NCBI GenBank assembly: GCA_041619515.1
Contig: JBFKDW010000016.1
Span: 1 to 44,959 of the forward strand
Length of the DNA stretch: 44,959 nucleotides
From: Acidimicrobiia bacterium
GTDB taxonomy: Bacteria > Actinomycetota > Acidimicrobiia > Spongiisociales > SHLN01
Direction of reading: 5' to 3'
Position 1 is the stretch's first letter. The number at the start of each line of letters is the position of its first letter. The notes under the pieces are model-generated. The model saw only the letters and a list, made by a program, of their open reading frames with translations. It did not search any database and was not told where the DNA came from. The position numbers and the translations under genes were made by a program. Positions 36,922 through 44,959 of the stretch are shown piece by piece.

Positions 36922-37416
36922 ATGCACACCACCCCGTTCCTGCTCGACGTCGGCGACCTCCTGGCCCATCCCGGTTCGATCCGGTCGGTGGAATTCAGCG
37001 GACCCATCGAAGCCGAGGTCGCCCAGGCCAGCGTGACCGGCCCGGTCGACGTCGCAGCCCGCCTGGAAGGGCTCACGGACGGTGTCTTCATGATGGCCGG
37101 GGTCGAAGCCCCGGCCCGTATCACGTGCAATCGGTGCCTCGTCGAATGGGACGAGGTGCTCGACGTCGAGGTCCGCCAGCTGTTCACCCGCCAGGGTGAC
37201 GAAGATGGTTACCGGGTGGATGAGCACTGGATCGACGCCGAAGGCCCGATCCGCGATGAGGTCGTGCTGGCGCTACCGTTGGCGCCTGTGTGCCGGGAGG
37301 ATTGCCGGGGTATTTGCGCAATATGCGGAGCCGACTTGAATACGGCCCCGTGCCAAGGGCACCAGGAGGCGGACCGGTCCCCGTTCGCTGCCCTCAGAGA
37401 TTTGCTGCCCGACTAA
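36922..37416 (+). CDS. yceD: YceD/DUF177 family protein
   Basis: CNRCL, LPLAPVCREDCRGICAICGADLN, SPFAALRDL; upstream of rpmF. Confidence 0.88.
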   Translation: MHTTPFLLDVGDLLAHPGSIRSVEFSGPIEAEVAQASVTGPVDVAARLEGLTDGVFMMAGVEAPARITCNRCLVEWDEVLDVEVRQLFTRQGDEDGYRVDEHWIDAEGPIRDEVVLALPLAPVCREDCRGICAICGADLNTAPCQGHQEADRSPFAALRDLLPD

Positions 37417-37429
37417 GAAAGGACTGCCC

Positions 37430-37612
37430 GTGGCGGTACCGAAGAAGAAGATGTCCCGCTCGCGGTCCCGCCGCCGCAAGGCGATGTGGAAACTAGCGGC
37501 ACCCACCACTACGACCTGTCCTCGCTGTGCGTCGGCCATGCTCCCGCACCGCGTGTGCCAGGAGTGCGGTACCTACAACGGCCGTGAGGTCATCGCCGAC
37601 TCGACCGAGTAG
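37430..37612 (+). CDS. rpmF: 50S ribosomal protein L32
   Basis: MAVPKKKMSRSRSRRRKAMWK, CPRC...PHRVCQECGTYNGR. Confidence 0.96.
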   Translation: MAVPKKKMSRSRSRRRKAMWKLAAPTTTTCPRCASAMLPHRVCQECGTYNGREVIADSTE

Positions 37613-37621
37613 CTTCCGGCC

Positions 37622-38587
37622 ATGGCCCGCATTGCGCTCGACGCCATGGGGGGTGACCATGCCCCGTCCCAGACGGTGGCAGGCGCCATCGCCTCTGGAG
37701 TAGACGTCATCCTCGTCGGTGACGAAGGCCAGCTCGGTCCGCTGGCCGGTGATTCCGGCCTGCCGATCGTCCACGCCGGTGAGGTGATCCAAATGGGCGA
37801 GGATCCGTCCAAGGCGCTGCGGGAGAAGCGAGGGTCCTCGATCGCGGTGGCGGCGCGGTTGGTCGCCGACGGCGAGGCGGACGGCCTGGTCTCGGCGGGT
37901 TCGACCGGTGCGGCGATGGCGGCTTCCGCCCTGATCATCGGACGGATGAACGGCGTCCTTCGCCCTGCGATCGCGGCGTTGATCCCAACGGGAGAGCGAG
38001 GCAAGATCGTGCTCGACGCCGGCGCCAATCCCGAGGTGAAGATCGAGCACCTCGTCCAGTTCGCCATCATGGGGGTGGCACTGGCCGAAGCCCGCCTCGG
38101 CATCGCCTCGCCGACCGTTGGCCTCCTCAACATCGGCGAAGAGCCGGGCAAGGGCCGGGACCAGGAGCGGGAGGCCTTCAAGGCGCTCGACACATCGCCC
38201 GTCAACTTCATCGGCAACGTCGAGGGCCACGACATCCTCGGCGACCAGCCGGACGTGATCGTGACCGACGGCTTCACCGGCAACGTCGCCCTCAAGACCT
38301 CGGAGGGGACCAGCCGGCTCGTGATGGAGGCCTTCAAGCAGGAGCTCGGCGCCCTCATCGCAGAGCGACCGGATTTGGCCGAGGTCCTGGGTCCCCGACT
38401 GGAGAGGCTCCGTCGCAAGCTTCACCCGGAGTCGTACGGTGGCGCGAGCCTGCTCGGTGTGAAAGGCGTCGTCACCATTGCTCACGGCTCCTCGTCGCCA
38501 ACCGCCATCGCAAACGCGCTGCGGATGACGGTTGAGGAGGCCGAGCGGCATCTTCTCGACCGAATCCGGTCTGGCCTGCAGGCGTGA
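37622..38587 (+). CDS. plsX: Phosphate acyltransferase PlsX
   Basis: IALDAMGGDHAP, VSAGSTGA, RPAIA, LDAGAN, LLNIGEEPGKG, FIGNVEG, TDGFTGNVALKTSEG, AHGSS. Confidence 0.95.
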   Translation: MARIALDAMGGDHAPSQTVAGAIASGVDVILVGDEGQLGPLAGDSGLPIVHAGEVIQMGEDPSKALREKRGSSIAVAARLVADGEADGLVSAGSTGAAMAASALIIGRMNGVLRPAIAALIPTGERGKIVLDAGANPEVKIEHLVQFAIMGVALAEARLGIASPTVGLLNIGEEPGKGRDQEREAFKALDTSPVNFIGNVEGHDILGDQPDVIVTDGFTGNVALKTSEGTSRLVMEAFKQELGALIAERPDLAEVLGPRLERLRRKLHPESYGGASLLGVKGVVTIAHGSSSPTAIANALRMTVEEAERHLLDRIRSGLQA

Positions 38588-39252
38588 GCCGCCGGCTGGA
38601 AGAAGTGCTCGGGTACGAATTCCGCAACGCTTCGCTGCTCGAGGCGGCCCTCACCCACCGGTCGTTTGCCTCCGACGACCCCGAGGCGGAGGACTACGAA
38701 CGGCTCGAGTTCCTCGGAGATGCCGTGCTGCAACTGGCGGTGACCGAACACATCTACCAGGAATTCTCCGACATGCCCGAAGGCGATATGGCCAAGCTGC
38801 GAGCGGCAGTCGTGAACGAGGAGGTTCTCGCCGAGGTGGCTCAGCGCCTCGGCCTGGGAGCCCATCTTCGTCTCGGCAAGGGTGAGGAGGTCACCGGCGG
38901 CCGCCACAAGAACAGCATCCTGTCGGATGTGGTCGAAGCCCTGCTGGGCGCCTTGTACGTGGACGCCGGCTACGAGAAGGCTGCCGAGATAACTCTCCAA
39001 CACCTGGGCGAGGAGATCGAGCGACGGGCACATTCTCCCGGTCTCGATGATTTCAAGACGAGGCTCCAGGAGGTCCTGGCCAAGGCTGGCCGGCACCCCG
39101 ACTACCGGCTGAGCGACGAGGGGCCCGACCACGAGAAGGTGTTCCACGCCGAGGTGCTGGTCGATGGCCGCCTGGTCGGGGCGGGCACGGGTGGTTCCAA
39201 GAAGGCGGCCGAACAGGCGGCCGCTCGCAAGGCGTTGCGGGTGCTCACGTGA
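38584..39252 (+). CDS. rnc: Ribonuclease III
   Basis: ALTHRS, ERLEFLGDAVL, DVVEALLGALYVD, dsRBD FKTRLQE...GPDHEKVF...SKKAAEQAAA. Confidence 0.96.
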   Translation: MSRRLEEVLGYEFRNASLLEAALTHRSFASDDPEAEDYERLEFLGDAVLQLAVTEHIYQEFSDMPEGDMAKLRAAVVNEEVLAEVAQRLGLGAHLRLGKGEEVTGGRHKNSILSDVVEALLGALYVDAGYEKAAEITLQHLGEEIERRAHSPGLDDFKTRLQEVLAKAGRHPDYRLSDEGPDHEKVFHAEVLVDGRLVGAGTGGSKKAAEQAAARKALRVLT

Positions 39253-39312
39253 GAACCTCGTTTGCAGGGCCGGCCGTCGACACCCCCCGACACGCCAATT
39301 CCCACTCGGGGG

Positions 39313-39672
39313 CTACCGTCCTCGCTTCCGCTTCTTCTCTTCCCGTTGTTCCACCCTGGCGTCTACGGCATGCCCGGCGACGATGCTGAGGAATGACACG
39401 AGGATGCCGAGCCCCAGCAGCACGTAGACGATGGTGAAGACCTTGGTGGGAGCCCGGCTCGGCGCCAGGTCGCCGTAGCCGACCGTCGTGAGTGTGATCA
39501 CCGAGAAGTAGAAGGAGTCCAGCAGCGACCAGTCCTCCCACCGCCAATAGAACACCGTGCCGCCGGCCAGCAGCACCAGCACCAGGAACGCCAGCGCCCG
39601 GAATTGGGGGTCGCTCAGGCCGCGGCGAACGGCTCCGACGAAATTCCGGAGAGTGGCGAAGAGCGCAATCAT
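39313..39672 (-). CDS. Minimal 2-TM potassium channel family protein (Ion_trans_2)
   Basis: Filter TTVGYGD, pore helix DSFYFSVITL, two TM helices. Confidence 0.88.
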   Translation of the reverse strand: MIALFATLRNFVGAVRRGLSDPQFRALAFLVLVLLAGGTVFYWRWEDWSLLDSFYFSVITLTTVGYGDLAPSRAPTKVFTIVYVLLGLGILVSFLSIVAGHAVDARVEQREEKKRKRGR

Positions 39673-39730
39673 GCTGGGAACCTAGCGATTCCCGTCCCGG
39701 CGGGCAGCGCCCGTCGTAGCCTGGTCGGCG

Positions 39731-40558
39731 ATGCCCGAACTTCCTGAAGTCGAAACCACCCGACGCGGGCTGGAGCCGCATTTGAAGGGCCGGCGAATAG
39801 TTGCGGCCGAATCCCGCAGGTCCCGCATGCTGCGCCGCCAGCCGCGCCCCCGCGACTTCTCCGATCGATTGCGAGGCCGCACGGTGCTCGGGCTCGGGAG
39901 GCGAGGCAAGTTCATCTTCATCGATGTCGAAGGAGACCTGACCTGGGTGATCCATCTGGGAATGTCGGGACGCATGCAGGTGGCCGACCCCGGTGAGCCC
40001 GAAGCCGCTCACACCAACGTAGTGGTCCGCACCGACGACAAGGAGATCCGTTTGGTGGATCCCCGCACCTTCGGCTTCACGGCCGTGCTCACCCCGGAGG
40101 AGTTCGATGATTCGCCGCTGGTGGCCCTCGGCCCCGACGCACTCACCGATCTACCGGGAAGCGCTGCGCTCGCCGCCCGGCTGGCCGGGCGGAAACCGGC
40201 CATCAAGGCGCTGTTGTTGGATCAGCGCCTGCTCGCCGGGCTGGGGAACATCTACGCAGACGAAGTGCTGTTCCGGGCACGAGTGGCGCCCCACCGGGAG
40301 GGCGGTTCGCTCAGCTCGGCGGAGGTCAGGGCGATCCGAGGCGCCGTACGCCCGGTGCTCGAAGCGGGGCTGAGGCACGGCGGCACCAGCCTCAACGACC
40401 TCGCCTATCTCCTTCCGGACGGGCGGGCAGGCCGATATGTCGATCGTCTCGGGGTATACGGCCGGGAGGACCAACCATGCCGCCGCTGCGGAACCCCGAT
40501 TCGGCGCTCCGTCATCGGCCAGCGAAGCTCATACTGGTGCCCGGCATGTCAGACGTGA
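39731..40558 (+). CDS. mutM: Formamidopyrimidine-DNA glycosylase
   Basis: MPELPEVET, RRGKF, HLGMSG, DPRTFG, LLDQ..AGLGNIYADE, zinc finger CRRC...WCPACQ. Confidence 0.95.
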   Translation: MPELPEVETTRRGLEPHLKGRRIVAAESRRSRMLRRQPRPRDFSDRLRGRTVLGLGRRGKFIFIDVEGDLTWVIHLGMSGRMQVADPGEPEAAHTNVVVRTDDKEIRLVDPRTFGFTAVLTPEEFDDSPLVALGPDALTDLPGSAALAARLAGRKPAIKALLLDQRLLAGLGNIYADEVLFRARVAPHREGGSLSSAEVRAIRGAVRPVLEAGLRHGGTSLNDLAYLLPDGRAGRYVDRLGVYGREDQPCRRCGTPIRRSVIGQRSSYWCPACQT

Positions 40559-40827
40559 AGGCGGTTCGCTGCCAGATAAGCGGCCGGGTCCAGGGGGTCG
40601 GATTTCGATACACAGCCCGGGAGCGTGCCGCCGACCTCGGCCTCACCGGATGGGTTCGCAACATCATCGGCGGCAGGGTCGAAGTGTTCGCACAGGGTCC
40701 CGAGCCCATGGTCGACGTTTTCATCACCTGGCTGCACGACGGGCCGACCGCGGCCCGGGTCGAGCGGATGGACGAGGTGCCCGCCACTCCCGATGCGCGG
40801 TTCACGACCTTCGAGATCAGGGCGTAG
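40546..40827 (+). CDS. acyP: Acylphosphatase
   Basis: ISGRVQGVGFRY, LTGWVRN, GPTAARV, FEIR. Confidence 0.92.
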   Translation: MSDVKAVRCQISGRVQGVGFRYTARERAADLGLTGWVRNIIGGRVEVFAQGPEPMVDVFITWLHDGPTAARVERMDEVPATPDARFTTFEIRA

Positions 40828-40838
40828 GCCTCCGGGGC

Positions 40839-41312
40839 CTACAGCCCGAGCCCCCGGGCGGAGCCGGTGAGCTGAGAACCGTCGATGGTCACGATCGCAC
40901 AGGTCACTTCGCGATCGTCGGCCTCTTCCCAGGACTCCCTGGTCGGCTCGAGGAACCAGATGTCCAGTTCGGAGTCCTCCCACGGCACGCCGACGTATGC
41001 CTCGTACCGGTCGTAGCAGCCGAAGAAGCTCGCATCAGTGACGGCCTCGGCTCCCGGATAGGCTGATCCCACCTGATCGAACGATGCGTAGGCCTCGGCG
41101 TCATGCGGATCGGTGCACGGAACCGCCTCGAGCGATTGGATCAATTCCTCGGTCGGGACGTTGAAGCAATCTCCAACCTTGACGGCGAATGCCCCGAGCC
41201 CGCCACCCTGGATGATCGCGCCGGTGTCGTCGCGCACCGTGTTGTCGTCGAAGGCTCCGGCTCCGCCGAACGCCGCCACGGCGAGGACCGCCGCTCCCAC
41301 AATTCTCTTCAT
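40839..41312 (-). CDS. Secreted septum-formation-family domain protein
   Basis: Signal peptide; VKVGDCF, VPCTDPHDAEAY, PTRESWE..DREVTC, LTGSARG; GGAG SD. Confidence 0.75.
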   Translation of the reverse strand: MKRIVGAAVLAVAAFGGAGAFDDNTVRDDTGAIIQGGGLGAFAVKVGDCFNVPTEELIQSLEAVPCTDPHDAEAYASFDQVGSAYPGAEAVTDASFFGCYDRYEAYVGVPWEDSELDIWFLEPTRESWEEADDREVTCAIVTIDGSQLTGSARGLGL

Positions 41313-41430
41313 GGTCTCTCCATTGCGATGATGTCCAAACCAATCGGCAGAGACCATGTTTTCTGGAGTGGGCGCCAGAATCACACCAATGGCATTCGTT
41401 CGAATGAACCGCCACTAGTCTGGCTTCGCC

Positions 41431-44400
41431 TTGTTTCTCAAGACTCTGAAAATCCACGGCTTCAAGTCGTTTGCCGATCGGACGCGGCTCGAGCTGGAAC
41501 CGGGAGTGACCGTTGTGGTCGGTCCCAACGGCTCCGGCAAGTCGAACGTCGTCGACGCCATTTCCTGGGTGCTCGGCACCCAGGCGACCAAGCACCTCCG
41601 TACCGACAAGATGGAAGAGGTGATCTTCGCCGGCACCACCACCCGCCCGGCGCATCGGGTTGCCGAGGTGGTGCTCACGTTCGACAACGCCGAGCGGCGG
41701 CTTCCGCTCGACCTGAGCGAGGTCACCATCGGCCGACGCCTCCACAGCGACGGGACCTCCGAGTACGAGATCAACGCGACTCCCTGTCGCCTGCTCGACA
41801 TCCAGGAGCTGCTCTCCGACGGGGGCGTCGGACGCCATCAGCACGTCATCATCAACCAGGGCCAGGTGGCATCGATCCTCAACGCCGGGCCGGATGAGCA
41901 CCGGGCCGTGATCGAAGAGGCCGCCGGGGTGCTCAAGCATCGCAACCGCCGCCGCCGTGCCGCCCGGCGCTTGGAGCGAACCAACGTAGACGTCCAGCGG
42001 CTCGAAGACATCCACAAGGAGCTGCTGAGACAGATGCGTCCACTCAAGCGCCAGGCCAAGGCTGCCGCCCGTCACGGCGACGTGCGCGATCGGGCCCGGG
42101 CGCTGCGCCTGCACCTCGGTGGTCAGGAGCTCTCACGCCTGTCGGAGCGGCTGCGCGAGGGGACCGCCGAGGAGGAAGTGGCCGCCATGCGCGAGGAAGG
42201 CGCCTCGGCATCCCTGGGTGAGATCGAGGCCGGACTGGAGGCGCTCCAATCCGAGGCAGGTGAGTCGGGCCGAGCCCTGCAGCGCGACACCGCGGCTGCC
42301 GCCCGCCTCGAGACGACCTCGGAGCGTCTCCAGCGAATCGCTCAGGTGGCGCACGAGCGCCGCCGCAGCCTCATCAGCGGTGCCGAGCAGGCCGGTGAGC
42401 GCCAAGACGATCTCATGGCCGAAGCCCAGCGCATCGAGGCGGACCTGGCGACATCCGCCGCCGAGGAGGAGCAGGCCCGGGTGGCGGCCGAGCGAGCCGA
42501 GATCGCGTTGCGGGCGCTCGAGGATGAGGCACGCTCATTGGCCGAGCAGGAGGCCCTTCCGGTCGAGGGCGTCATCGCCACACTGCGGGGAGACCTGCAG
42601 GCACTCGAGGCCGCTTCCGATCGAGACGGGCGCGAGCTGACGGCGGCAGATCACCGGTTCGAAATAGTGGGCGACGCGCTCGCCCGGCATCGCACCGGTG
42701 TCGAGGAGCTGCGTCAAGAGATCAAAATCCTCGACAAGGCAGCAGGCGAACAGCAGCAGGCTTATGAGGGCGCCCGCATCGAGCGGGAGGCGGCAGAAGC
42801 CACATGGCGGGGGCACGAAGCCGATCTGGCCGATCAGGCCAGGGCAGTCGCGACGGCTCGCGCCCGGGTCGAAGCACTCGAGCTGGCCGGGGTCGTCAGC
42901 CCCGAAGTACGCCAACAGGCGGCCCAGCTCGAAGGAGTCGGCGGCGCCGTTGCCACCGTCCTCGACATTCCCGAGTCGCTCGCCGACGCTGTGGGTGTGG
43001 CGCTCGGGCCATGGGTCGAAGCTCTCGTCGCTTCGCCAGAAGGCCTCGCCGACGCCGTTGCCGAGCTCAAGACCCGTCACCTGGGAGGCTTGCCGTTCGT
43101 AGTGGGCGGAGCCGGCGGTGACCAGAGCCGCGTGCTTCCCACCAGCCTGCCGGGCAGGCCGATCATCGATCTGCTCGGGCCGGCAACCGATGCCGCCGTG
43201 GCCCGCCGCCTGCTGGGGGACGTGGTGCTGGCCGACAGCTGGTCGGATGGCTGGTCTTTCGTCCAGGCGCACCCCCAGCTGCGGGCCGTGACCGTGGAAG
43301 GTGATCTCATCACCATCGCCGGAATCCGCTTGTCGGCCGGATCCGAGGGCCTGGCCGTCACGCTTTCCCGCGCCCGTGAGGAGCTGACCGCAGCCGATGT
43401 CGAACTGGCGCGAGCCGCCAGCCGGGAAGCCGCCTCCCGACGCACCCTGGGAGATCGCCGTGACCGTGAACGATCCGAGCTGGAGGCGCTGGAAGCGGCC
43501 GAAGCGCGACTGGCCGGGGCCACCGAGGCGCTCGGCCGGGCCGAACGGGCGGTCTCGGATGGCACGGCCGAGAGCGCTCGGCTCGAGGAGCGCCGGGCGG
43601 CGCTGCGCGAAGAGGAGGTGCACCGCCGCGAACGGCTCGTCGAGCTGCGAGGCCGCCTCGACGATCTGGAAGGCGAGGAGGCCGCTCGCCAGGCAGCCTG
43701 GGAAGCTCTCGGCCGGAGGCGCCAGGAAATCGCCGAGCGGCGGGAGCAGTCCCGCCGCATGCGAGAGCAAGCAGCCGCTGCCCTCGGTGCAGCCACCGAG
43801 CGCCGCAGGCTGCTCGAAACGCGCCGGTCGGCAGTCGGGCTCGAACTCGACCGTGCGATCGGATTTCACATCGATCCCGCCGACGTCGCTCGCCTCGAAC
43901 GGGTTGAGTCCGGCGCCCGGGCGACCCTCACCCAGGTTGGCGGTCATATCTCAGTTCTCCGGGCCCGCCAGGCCGAACTGCGCGCGACGTCCGGTGACGC
44001 CTTCGCCAGACTGGACGAAGCGCGCAGCCGCGCCGCCGACCTCGGCAAGCAGATCGCTTCCGCCAAGGAGAAGAGATCGGCGATTGCAGTCGAGCTCGCA
44101 GGCCTCGAGGCTCGGTACGAAGCGGTGGCCGAGGGTCTGCGGCGGGACCTCGATGCATCAGTCGAGCAGGCGATCGCCGCGCCGCCGGTCGAGATTCCCG
44201 ATGACATGGAACCGACCGCCTATCTCGATTCGCTCGAAGCCGATCTTCGCCGCATGGGCCCCGTCAACCCGCTGGCGGCCGAGGAGTTCGAGAATCTGTC
44301 CGAACGGGCAAGCTTCCTGGAGGGGCAGCTGGCAGACCTGAAAGAGTCGGCCGGTGAGCTGGAAAAAGTCATCACCGCGCTCGACGACGAGATGGCGGCA

Positions 44401-44859
44401 CTGTTTGCCGAGGCCTTTCGGGATATCTCCGCTCTGTATGCCGAGAATTTCTCCCTGCTCTTTCCCGGCGGTCGCGGCACCCTGTCGCTGTCGGATCCCG
44501 GTGATCACCTCAACACCGGCGTCGACATCCATGCCCAGCCGCTCGGCAAGAAGGTGAGCCAATTGTCGCTCTTGTCGGGCGGTGAGCGGTCGATGGCGGC
44601 GCTTGCCTTCCTGTTCGCCGTCTTCCGGGCGCGCCCGAGCCCGTTCTACGTGCTCGACGAGGTGGAAGCCGCCCTCGACGACGCCAACCTCCACCGCTTC
44701 CTACGCCTGGTCGAGCTGTTGCGCAGCTCTGCGCAGGTCATCATCGTGACTCATCAGCAGCAGACCATGGAAGGGGCCGACACGCTCTATGGGATCACGA
44801 TGGAGCCGGGCGGCGCCTCCCAGGTTGTCGCCAAGCGCCTCTCCAACATCGCCGTCTGA
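41431..44859 (+). CDS. smc: Chromosome segregation protein SMC
   Basis: GFKSFA, VGPNGSGKSNVVDA, long coiled coils with hinge, LSGGER, LDEVEAALDD, VTH; TTG start. Confidence 0.95.
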   Translation: MFLKTLKIHGFKSFADRTRLELEPGVTVVVGPNGSGKSNVVDAISWVLGTQATKHLRTDKMEEVIFAGTTTRPAHRVAEVVLTFDNAERRLPLDLSEVTIGRRLHSDGTSEYEINATPCRLLDIQELLSDGGVGRHQHVIINQGQVASILNAGPDEHRAVIEEAAGVLKHRNRRRRAARRLERTNVDVQRLEDIHKELLRQMRPLKRQAKAAARHGDVRDRARALRLHLGGQELSRLSERLREGTAEEEVAAMREEGASASLGEIEAGLEALQSEAGESGRALQRDTAAAARLETTSERLQRIAQVAHERRRSLISGAEQAGERQDDLMAEAQRIEADLATSAAEEEQARVAAERAEIALRALEDEARSLAEQEALPVEGVIATLRGDLQALEAASDRDGRELTAADHRFEIVGDALARHRTGVEELRQEIKILDKAAGEQQQAYEGARIEREAAEATWRGHEADLADQARAVATARARVEALELAGVVSPEVRQQAAQLEGVGGAVATVLDIPESLADAVGVALGPWVEALVASPEGLADAVAELKTRHLGGLPFVVGGAGGDQSRVLPTSLPGRPIIDLLGPATDAAVARRLLGDVVLADSWSDGWSFVQAHPQLRAVTVEGDLITIAGIRLSAGSEGLAVTLSRAREELTAADVELARAASREAASRRTLGDRRDRERSELEALEAAEARLAGATEALGRAERAVSDGTAESARLEERRAALREEEVHRRERLVELRGRLDDLEGEEAARQAAWEALGRRRQEIAERREQSRRMREQAAAALGAATERRRLLETRRSAVGLELDRAIGFHIDPADVARLERVESGARATLTQVGGHISVLRARQAELRATSGDAFARLDEARSRAADLGKQIASAKEKRSAIAVELAGLEARYEAVAEGLRRDLDASVEQAIAAPPVEIPDDMEPTAYLDSLEADLRRMGPVNPLAAEEFENLSERASFLEGQLADLKESAGELEKVITALDDEMAALFAEAFRDISALYAENFSLLFPGGRGTLSLSDPGDHLNTGVDIHAQPLGKKVSQLSLLSGGERSMAALAFLFAVFRARPSPFYVLDEVEAALDDANLHRFLRLVELLRSSAQVIIVTHQQQTMEGADTLYGITMEPGGASQVVAKRLSNIAV

Positions 44860-44861
44860 CC

Positions 44862-44959
44862 ATGGACCTGCTGATCCTCGTAGTGATCGCCGTTGTGGTG
44901 CTGCTTGCGCTGGTGGGCGGCACCCTGGCGCTGCGCCGCAGCCGGACACCATCGGCCGA
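44862..44959 (+). CDS. Start of a gene with an N-terminal TM helix, probably the SRP receptor FtsY (truncated)
   Basis: MDLLILVVIAVVVLLALVGGTLALRRSRTPSA; identity inferred only from the usual smc-ftsY order. Confidence 0.55.
   Translation, partial: MDLLILVVIAVVVLLALVGGTLALRRSRTPSA

Noticed and set aside
39253..39312. Inverted repeat ccccga/tcgggg between convergent rnc and K+ channel genes
   Set aside because: Large loop and no U-tract; at best a weak terminator, not supportable as a feature.
1..44959. Mobile element, prophage or defence island
   Set aside because: No transposase, integrase or phage genes and no obvious compositional shift; the helicase-nucleases fit housekeeping AdnAB-type repair.

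Overview
High-GC bacterial chromosomal window; gene content suggests Actinomycetota, possibly a deep-branching class such as Acidimicrobiia (inference). It is densely coding, with about 48 genes. The left part holds an AdnAB-like helicase-nuclease pair, glutamate dehydrogenase, a stand-alone PD-(D/E)XK nuclease, and an ECF sigma/ZAS anti-sigma/MscS-like operon. The middle holds an M3 peptidase, fabI, an orphan histidine kinase and ddl. The right part is the conserved rpmB-DAK2-recG-rsmD-coaD-yceD-rpmF-plsX-rnc-mutM-acyP-smc-(ftsY) cluster. I saw no tRNA, rRNA, CRISPR array or transposase. The most striking unexplained signal lies in the only two long intergenic regions (about 10.6-11.4 kb and 15.96-16.45 kb). 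Each carries a sigma70-type promoter of the same architecture: two CGCGAAA boxes 20 bp apart, TTGAC starting 24 bp after the start of the second GCGAAA, a 17-bp spacer, then TA(C/G)ATT. Each promoter is followed directly by a chain of hairpins capped with GNRA or UUCG loops (about 600 nt and 275 nt). I interpret these as two co-regulated, possibly related, structured non-coding RNAs that I cannot assign to a known family. About 23 genes also have a TANNNT box 6-9 nt before the start codon, indicating pervasive leaderless transcription.
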